The notes beneath the pieces are model-generated. The model made no database searches. It was given only the letters and a program-made list of their open reading frames with translations, and had not been told where the DNA came from. The position numbers and the translations under genes were made by a program. From Pseudobdellovibrionaceae bacterium (GTDB lineage: Bacteria > Bdellovibrionota > Bdellovibrionia > Bdellovibrionales > UBA1609), in contig JAUVAX010000006.1 in NCBI GenBank assembly GCA_030591685.1, positions 1 through 64,000 on the forward strand: a DNA stretch of 64,000 nt, written 5' to 3'. The number at the start of each line of letters is the position of its first letter. Within the stretch, counting starts at the first letter, position 1. Shown one piece after another: positions 58,316 to 64,000 of the stretch.

Positions 58316-59551
58316 ATGCTTAATATAAACGAACTAGAGTTAGACCAAATTCTTGGTAGTGAATTAGGCTCCTACGTTGGGTTTGAATGGGTAGATTTTA
58401 TTGTCTCAGGCCGAGACTATTTATTTGTCTTTCAAAAACAAGGTTGTAAGAAGTGGCTATGGGTAGACCTAGGGTCATCAGGACCAGCCTTTTTGCCTAT
58501 TTTGGATCCACCAGCGAGGCTTAAGGGGGAGAAAAAACCCATTGGTCTTTTTTTTCAGTCTAACTTGAAGGGGCAAATCCTTACTGGAGTCAGCAGGGTT
58601 AAAGATCAGGGACGTGTTGTTGTGCTTGAGTTTTCTGAAGACTGTCGGGTTGAAGCTCGCCTCTACCCCTCTGGGAAAAACCTAACCTTTAGTGCCTCTA
58701 ATAAGTCATTAAGTGCATTTAAACTAATCCCTGCAAGCGCCATACAGAGGAGTGAGAATCAAAAATTTAACGTTCGATCTCTAGACGAGATTAAGACATC
58801 GTGGCTCGCCTTAAGAGAGTCAAAGGGGAGTGGATATAAAGAAAAGTTGATTAAAACAAATGAAAAAAAAATGGCTAAAGTACGAGTAGCCATAAAGAAG
58901 GCACAAGATAACTATGATCAAAATTTATATAAAAAGTGGTTAGATTTGGGGGCTTGGCTTAAAGAAAACCAAACCCTTAGCGTTCCAAAAAACTATGAGT
59001 GGCTTATTGATGCTCAGAAACCTTTAAGCTGGAACATAACTAATTGCTTTGAAAAATCTAAAAAACAAAAAATAAAAAGAGTAGGGACGGCTGATCGGAT
59101 CTCTCAGTTAAAGCTGGAGTTAAAAACAGCAGAGAGTCGGCCTGTGGAGGTTGAAACTCGGTCGGTGGACAAAAAGAGACTCCTAGAGGCCTCGGGAGCA
59201 AAGGGTCGAAGAAAAAAAATTAATGACCATGTGACCTTTACAATAGGGAAAAGTGCCGCCGACAATATGAAGCTTTTGCGCAAGGCAAGGCCTTGGCATT
59301 TATGGGTGCATTTGCAGGATGAGCCCAGTGCTCATGGGTTTATTGAGGTGAATAAAGCATACTCCTTAACATCTGGGGAAATAGAGCTTGTCGCCAGAAG
59401 CTTATATCAGCAAACGCGAAAGAAAGCGCCTCAGGGGGGTGAAAAGTTCGCCGTTTTGATGGCGCAGTGTCGACACGTAAGGCCTATAAAGGGAGATCGC
59501 TTGGGTCGTGTGCATTATAAGCAGGAGAGCGTTCATTTGTACTCATGGTGA
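58316..59551 (+). CDS. NFACT-family protein (RqcH/FbpA-like), shortened and divergent
   Basis: NFACT-N remnant (LKGQILTGV..GRVVVLEF), coiled coil, NFACT-R (IGKSAADNMKLLRKA..LWVHLQDEPSAHG). Confidence 0.75.
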   Translation: MLNINELELDQILGSELGSYVGFEWVDFIVSGRDYLFVFQKQGCKKWLWVDLGSSGPAFLPILDPPARLKGEKKPIGLFFQSNLKGQILTGVSRVKDQGRVVVLEFSEDCRVEARLYPSGKNLTFSASNKSLSAFKLIPASAIQRSENQKFNVRSLDEIKTSWLALRESKGSGYKEKLIKTNEKKMAKVRVAIKKAQDNYDQNLYKKWLDLGAWLKENQTLSVPKNYEWLIDAQKPLSWNITNCFEKSKKQKIKRVGTADRISQLKLELKTAESRPVEVETRSVDKKRLLEASGAKGRRKKINDHVTFTIGKSAADNMKLLRKARPWHLWVHLQDEPSAHGFIEVNKAYSLTSGEIELVARSLYQQTRKKAPQGGEKFAVLMAQCRHVRPIKGDRLGRVHYKQESVHLYSW

Positions 59552-59734
59552 GCAGGCGTAGTGAGGGAACCATAGAGGTATGAAATGATTTTTTGTGGTC
59601 AAATGCATTAGAGCTTTATTTTTTTTAAATTAAACGAGACTATTAACACAAGATTAATATTTAAACGAGAGTCAGCTCGCAAACTATTTATGCTTAATGT
59701 AAAGGTAATGCTGAGCAAGAAAAAAGAGAATTTT

Positions 59735-60658
59735 ATGATCGAAGTGAAACAACTATCAAAAAGTTACTCTGGGCATGCAGCCATTGATGACATGAGTTTT
59801 AAAATTAAAAAAGGTAAAATAGTAGGATTTCTTGGGCCTAATGGCGCTGGAAAGACAACCACAATGAAAATTATCACAGGGTTTATGACTCCCACCTCAG
59901 GGCAGGCTCTGATTAAGGGGCTTGATGTGTTTGAGTGCCCCCTTGAGATCAAAAAAGTAATCGGCTATTTGCCTGAAAGACCCCCTGTTTATTTGGATAT
60001 GACAGTGAGAAGCTATATTACTTTTGTTGCAGGGTTGAGGGGTGTGCCTAAAGCTGAACTTTCTGAGAAAGTAGACGCCGCCATAAAGAAAACGAACCTT
60101 CAAGACGTCCAGGAGCGACGAATTGAATATTTATCCAAAGGTTATCAGCAACGAGTTGGCATCGCTCAGGCTATAGTTTCAGATCCTGAAATTTTAATTC
60201 TAGATGAGCCCACTGTTGGATTAGACCCTAATCAGGTTCGTGAAATAAGAGAGCTTATAAAGTCACTAAAGACAAGCCATACGGTTATTCTTTCAACCCA
60301 TATTCTCTCTGAGGTCAAAGCCATTTGCGATGAGGTCATTATTATTAATAAAGGCAAAATAGTCACGCAGGGTAGTATTGATGAAATCACAAAGGCTGCT
60401 AAGGCCGCCGGTACCCTTAGTGTGCAGGTCGTGCGCCCCTCAGAGTCTGTAACAGGTTTGTTAAAGTCCGTAGAGGGAGTCACAGGGGTTGCTCTGCATG
60501 GTAATAAATATGAGATATCCTTACACGATATGAGCGAAGATATAATAGAAAGAGTCTCAGAGACTCTTGTTAGTAGTAAGTGTGGTCTTGTAGGGCTTAA
60601 AAAAAATGAAATAAGTCTCGAGGACATCTTCATACAACTGACCAACGAAAATAACTAA
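59735..60658 (+). CDS. ABC transporter ATP-binding protein (GldA-like)
   Basis: GPNGAGKTTTM, IGYLPE, LSKGYQQRVGIAQA, LDEPTVGLDP, STHILSEV. Confidence 0.92.
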   Translation: MIEVKQLSKSYSGHAAIDDMSFKIKKGKIVGFLGPNGAGKTTTMKIITGFMTPTSGQALIKGLDVFECPLEIKKVIGYLPERPPVYLDMTVRSYITFVAGLRGVPKAELSEKVDAAIKKTNLQDVQERRIEYLSKGYQQRVGIAQAIVSDPEILILDEPTVGLDPNQVREIRELIKSLKTSHTVILSTHILSEVKAICDEVIIINKGKIVTQGSIDEITKAAKAAGTLSVQVVRPSESVTGLLKSVEGVTGVALHGNKYEISLHDMSEDIIERVSETLVSSKCGLVGLKKNEISLEDIFIQLTNENN

Positions 60659-60668
60659 GGGGTTATTT

Positions 60669-61436
60669 ATGAGGGCTATATTACTAATTTATAAAAGAGA
60701 TATCAGAGCTCTTTTGCTAAGCCCCGTGTTTTTTGTCTTAAGCGGGCTTTGTGCTGCTATTTGGAGTGGTGCTTTTTTGCGAACATTCTTTGCCTTTGTT
60801 GAGAAATCAATGCTTTCTCAGCAAATCAGCGGCCGTCCCTCAGGAAACCTACACATGGAGGTCATTTTAAGTCACCTGACTTGGGTAAATATTCTTTTGA
60901 TGTTTATTGTCCCTGTTTTAACTATGAAGCTTCTCTCAGAAGAGAAACGTCAAGGGACTTACGACCTCTTATTAACGGTCCCCATTAGTTCTACCCAAAT
61001 TGCTGTAGGCAAATATTTGGCTGGGTTTGTAGGCGCACTTGGATTAATATTTATTTCATTTCTTTATCCCTTAGGCTTAAGTTTGGTTGTGGATGTGCAA
61101 ATGGGGCCGCTTTTAAGCGCTTATTTAGGCTTAGTTTTTATAGGGTCTGTCTACGTAGGTATAGGTATCTTTTGCTCGTCTCTGGCTCGATCAGCTGTCA
61201 TTAGTGCTGTTTTAGCAATAGTTATGAATTTGAGTATCTTTTTAACAAGTGGCTTATCAAACTTGGTTAAAGGCGACGGGCTTTCATCTTATTTAAAGCA
61301 ACTTGAGCTAGTGACTCACTACTGGCAATTTTTAAAAGGAGTGGCTTCGTCGTCATCAATAATATTTTTTATTTCAGTAATTGTATTTTTTATTTTTTCC
61401 ACTCAACGAGTCATTGAGTTTACAAGGTGGAGGTAA
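60669..61436 (+). CDS. ABC-2 permease (GldF-like)
   Basis: PVLTMKLLSEEKRQGTYDLLLTVP, GKYL, C-terminal RWR. Confidence 0.9.
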   Translation: MRAILLIYKRDIRALLLSPVFFVLSGLCAAIWSGAFLRTFFAFVEKSMLSQQISGRPSGNLHMEVILSHLTWVNILLMFIVPVLTMKLLSEEKRQGTYDLLLTVPISSTQIAVGKYLAGFVGALGLIFISFLYPLGLSLVVDVQMGPLLSAYLGLVFIGSVYVGIGIFCSSLARSAVISAVLAIVMNLSIFLTSGLSNLVKGDGLSSYLKQLELVTHYWQFLKGVASSSSIIFFISVIVFFIFSTQRVIEFTRWR

Positions 61437-61439
61437 GCT

Positions 61440-62957
61440 GTGAGTAGGTTAGGTCACATAAGTCTTGGTATTTCATTATTATGTTTGTTGGTCGCCTTTG
61501 GTGCCAGATACATAATTGGTGGTTGGATAAATTTTTTATTCGTCCCACTTATTTCATTTGTAGTTTTGTTTATACTAGGTCTTATTATTAATTATAAATA
61601 TTATATTGAATTTTTAACTTTGAAAACCACTAAAAACAGTTTAAATATGGGCACCTTGATTGTTTTAGGTGCATTCACATTTGGTATTGTAAATTATTTG
61701 GGTATTCGAACAAATGTAAATTTTGACTTGTCTTCAGAGAAACTTTACACACTGGCCGAACAGTCCTCCGAGGCGGCAAAGTCTCTGACTGAGGAATTTA
61801 AGGTATTAGTTTTTCATCGAGGAGAGCCGGATGCTGTGCTAAGGAGGCGTGCCCGAGAGCTTCTAGATCTTTATAAAAATGCCTCTAATAATATTACTGT
61901 TCAATTTATAAACGCTCTTGATGAGCCATTAAGGGCAAAAAGATATATTTCAAAACAAGATTATGAGAACAGAGGTTTGTACATCTACGTGGATTATGGA
62001 GGTAAAACTTTTAAAGTGGATCATCCTCAAAAGGAGGAGCAATTCACTCAAGTAATAATAAAATCAACCCGAAGCAAGAATCATAAAATATATTTTTTAC
62101 GAGACCACGGTGAGGGTGATATTAAAAGTGAGGACAGTAATGAATCAGGGTTGAGTCGACTTAAAAAAACTCTCGAAGATTATTCTTTTGAGGTTGAAGA
62201 GCTGAGCTTAAACAAAACGATCGCGGTCCCCAAAGATGCCAAAGCCCTTGCTATTGTTGGTGCGAAATTTCAGTTTTCAAGTAAGGAATTTAATAAAATA
62301 GAATCCTATTTAAATAAAGGGGGGCGATTACTTGTAGCACTTGATCCGGGCCAAAGAACTGATTTACCAAATTTTTTAAAAAAATATAATATCGACTTTA
62401 AAGACAATTATGTGCTCGATCCTAATTCGAGTGTTGGTCAGGCTGTTGTTATTGCCACCCTATATTCAAAGAAAAGTAGAATTACTAAAAAATTTGGTGA
62501 TCGCACAACCATATTTAATCTTGTGAGTGAAGTCCAAGTTTTGGATTCTTCAAAGTCGTTAGAGTCTGATAGTTTTGTGTTTTCGGGGACAGGGAGTGTT
62601 ATTATTAATGATGTTAAACCGACTAGTAACGCGGCCGACCAAAACTCATACCCTCTTGCCGTAGCCGTGCGGTCTAAAGTTGAACCCGCGGCCTATTCTA
62701 TTGCTGTGTTTGGTGATAGTGATTTTTTAACGAATCAGTTTGTATTTGCCCTTTCAAATAGAGATTTGATTGTGAATACTATTGCTTACTTAACTGAGCA
62801 AAATGACTTAATTGCTATTCGTCCAAAAATACCAGAGTCGTCAACTATTGTATTAACCAGGTCTCGGTCACTGGGTGTTGTTTTCGGAGCTATCATAATC
62901 CCCCTACTACTTTTTATGGCGGCCTTTATGTTGTGGTTTTCTAACAGAGGGAATTAA
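61440..62957 (+). CDS. ABC auxiliary component (GldG-like, IFT52-like domain)
   Basis: FDLSSEKLYTLAEQS, IYFLRDHGE, YLNKGGRLLVALDP, VFGDSDF, C-terminal TM. Confidence 0.85.
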   Translation: MSRLGHISLGISLLCLLVAFGARYIIGGWINFLFVPLISFVVLFILGLIINYKYYIEFLTLKTTKNSLNMGTLIVLGAFTFGIVNYLGIRTNVNFDLSSEKLYTLAEQSSEAAKSLTEEFKVLVFHRGEPDAVLRRRARELLDLYKNASNNITVQFINALDEPLRAKRYISKQDYENRGLYIYVDYGGKTFKVDHPQKEEQFTQVIIKSTRSKNHKIYFLRDHGEGDIKSEDSNESGLSRLKKTLEDYSFEVEELSLNKTIAVPKDAKALAIVGAKFQFSSKEFNKIESYLNKGGRLLVALDPGQRTDLPNFLKKYNIDFKDNYVLDPNSSVGQAVVIATLYSKKSRITKKFGDRTTIFNLVSEVQVLDSSKSLESDSFVFSGTGSVIINDVKPTSNAADQNSYPLAVAVRSKVEPAAYSIAVFGDSDFLTNQFVFALSNRDLIVNTIAYLTEQNDLIAIRPKIPESSTIVLTRSRSLGVVFGAIIIPLLLFMAAFMLWFSNRGN

Positions 62958-64000
62958 TGAGGACAAATTCTGCACGGGGATTTTTTTCATTAGTTGTTTT
63001 GGGCTTAGCTTTAGTCTGGTGGGATATTTCCAACGAGAGTAATAAAAAATCAGTACGTGCCGGCTCGTTAAAATTACTAAACCCTGATAAGGGTAAAGCA
63101 AAACAGCTTTTTTTCGAATTAAATAATATAGAATTCAAACTTTTAAGAAGTAAAAATAACTGGAGCGTTATTTATAGAGGGCAGTCTTACATGGGAGACC
63201 ATAATAGTATTGAGGTTCTGTTAAATGACCTAAAGTCTATTGATGTAAAGCCTATGAACTCATCCCCAAAGGGGTTTAGCCTAAATGATTATACAGGTAC
63301 TTTAACTATTGCTACCGAAAACTCACCTCGCTCCCAAAAGTGGAGCTTTGGTGGTTTTAAAACCTTTGAGGGCCATAGCTATGTATATAATTTGTTAACG
63401 TCAAAGGTTCATAACGCAAATAGAAACTGCGATTACTTATTAAATCTTGTGCCGAAAAAATTTATCTCTAACTTTGTTATGCTTAAAAACTCTCAGTTCA
63501 AAACTCTAAATTTACAATATGATGACGTAAAGTTTGATTTGAAATTAAAAAACAGTAAATGGTCCTTAAAAAGGACCCCTTCTGTTTTGTTAGACCAAAA
63601 GGCGGTTAAGCTTTACCTGAATGGGCTTCTTCACCTTTCAGGCACTGAGTTACTGTTAAGTGACCATCTAAAAGCCATAGATGTTAAAAACTTACGCCCC
63701 AATATTAGTTTAAGTGGCCGTCTGGAGGGTGGCCATCTGGAGGGTGCCCGTCTGGAGAGTGATAGTGACTGGAGGTTAGATATTTATAAAACCCAGTCAG
63801 GTACTTGGGGCGTAGTAAAGGGTCGTGATGTTTTGTTTCGTATTTCTGAAAAAAGTTTTAAAAATTTAAAGTGGAACTTGAATGACTTTAAAGATAAAGA
63901 AAGTTTTTTTAAATTTAAACCAGAGGGTGTGTTTAAAATAGAGTTACAGGTAAATAATCAGTTAACCTCTATAAAACTCAATAAAAAGGCTTGGGTTGTT
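62957..64000 (+). CDS. DUF4340-like protein, truncated by the window end (missing from the ORF track)
   Basis: TAATG overlap with the GldG-like stop; frame read by hand is open to 64000 (MRTNSARGFFSLVVLGLALVWWD..KNNW..KNSKW..); usual position after gldG-like genes. Confidence 0.7.
   Translation, partial: MRTNSARGFFSLVVLGLALVWWDISNESNKKSVRAGSLKLLNPDKGKAKQLFFELNNIEFKLLRSKNNWSVIYRGQSYMGDHNSIEVLLNDLKSIDVKPMNSSPKGFSLNDYTGTLTIATENSPRSQKWSFGGFKTFEGHSYVYNLLTSKVHNANRNCDYLLNLVPKKFISNFVMLKNSQFKTLNLQYDDVKFDLKLKNSKWSLKRTPSVLLDQKAVKLYLNGLLHLSGTELLLSDHLKAIDVKNLRPNISLSGRLEGGHLEGARLESDSDWRLDIYKTQSGTWGVVKGRDVLFRISEKSFKNLKWNLNDFKDKESFFKFKPEGVFKIELQVNNQLTSIKLNKKAWVV
63716..63760 (+). repeat. In-frame 15-bp tandem repeat, 3 copies
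   Basis: GGCCGTCTGGAGGGT / GGCCATCTGGAGGGT / GCCCGTCTGGAGAGT encoding GRLEG-GHLEG-ARLES. Confidence 0.92.

Noticed and set aside
63716..63760. CRISPR array or pentapeptide-repeat protein
   Set aside because: Only three 15-bp units with no spacers, in frame within a CDS, and no cas genes

Overview
AT-rich bacterial chromosome segment whose gene content and order point to Bdellovibrionota (inference from the prfB-lolCD-bamA-skp-fabZ-lpxA cluster, ribF-aroE-like-pilBTC-pilSR without an adjacent pilA, gldAFG-like ABC genes and many secreted hypothetical proteins). It is mostly core genome: purA/cdd/serA, lptE-holA, rpsT, murJ, mazG, 7TM-HD, ybeY, frameshifted prfB, outer-membrane and lipid A biogenesis, type IV pilus motors and regulators, PhoX and an NFACT protein. 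I found no tRNA, rRNA, CRISPR array, integrase or transposase. Two accessory modules stand out. (1) At 3.5-11.0 kb, two sigma54 (-24/-12) promoters with a shared upstream motif precede CBS-HPF-CBS and an NtrC-type activator, an Aer/NifL-type PAS kinase, a cytochrome c'-like lipoprotein and a tandem USP; this looks like a redox-triggered dormancy or ribosome-hibernation regulon. (2) At 51.1-56.2 kb, an enlarged adenosine-deaminase-fold gene is divergent from a sigma54-driven, highly atypical lytic transglycosylase-SH3 protein with a translationally coupled partner (candidate cell-wall effector/immunity pair). A perfect 23-bp inverted repeat lies between them. All family assignments come from motif recognition by eye; no searches were run.
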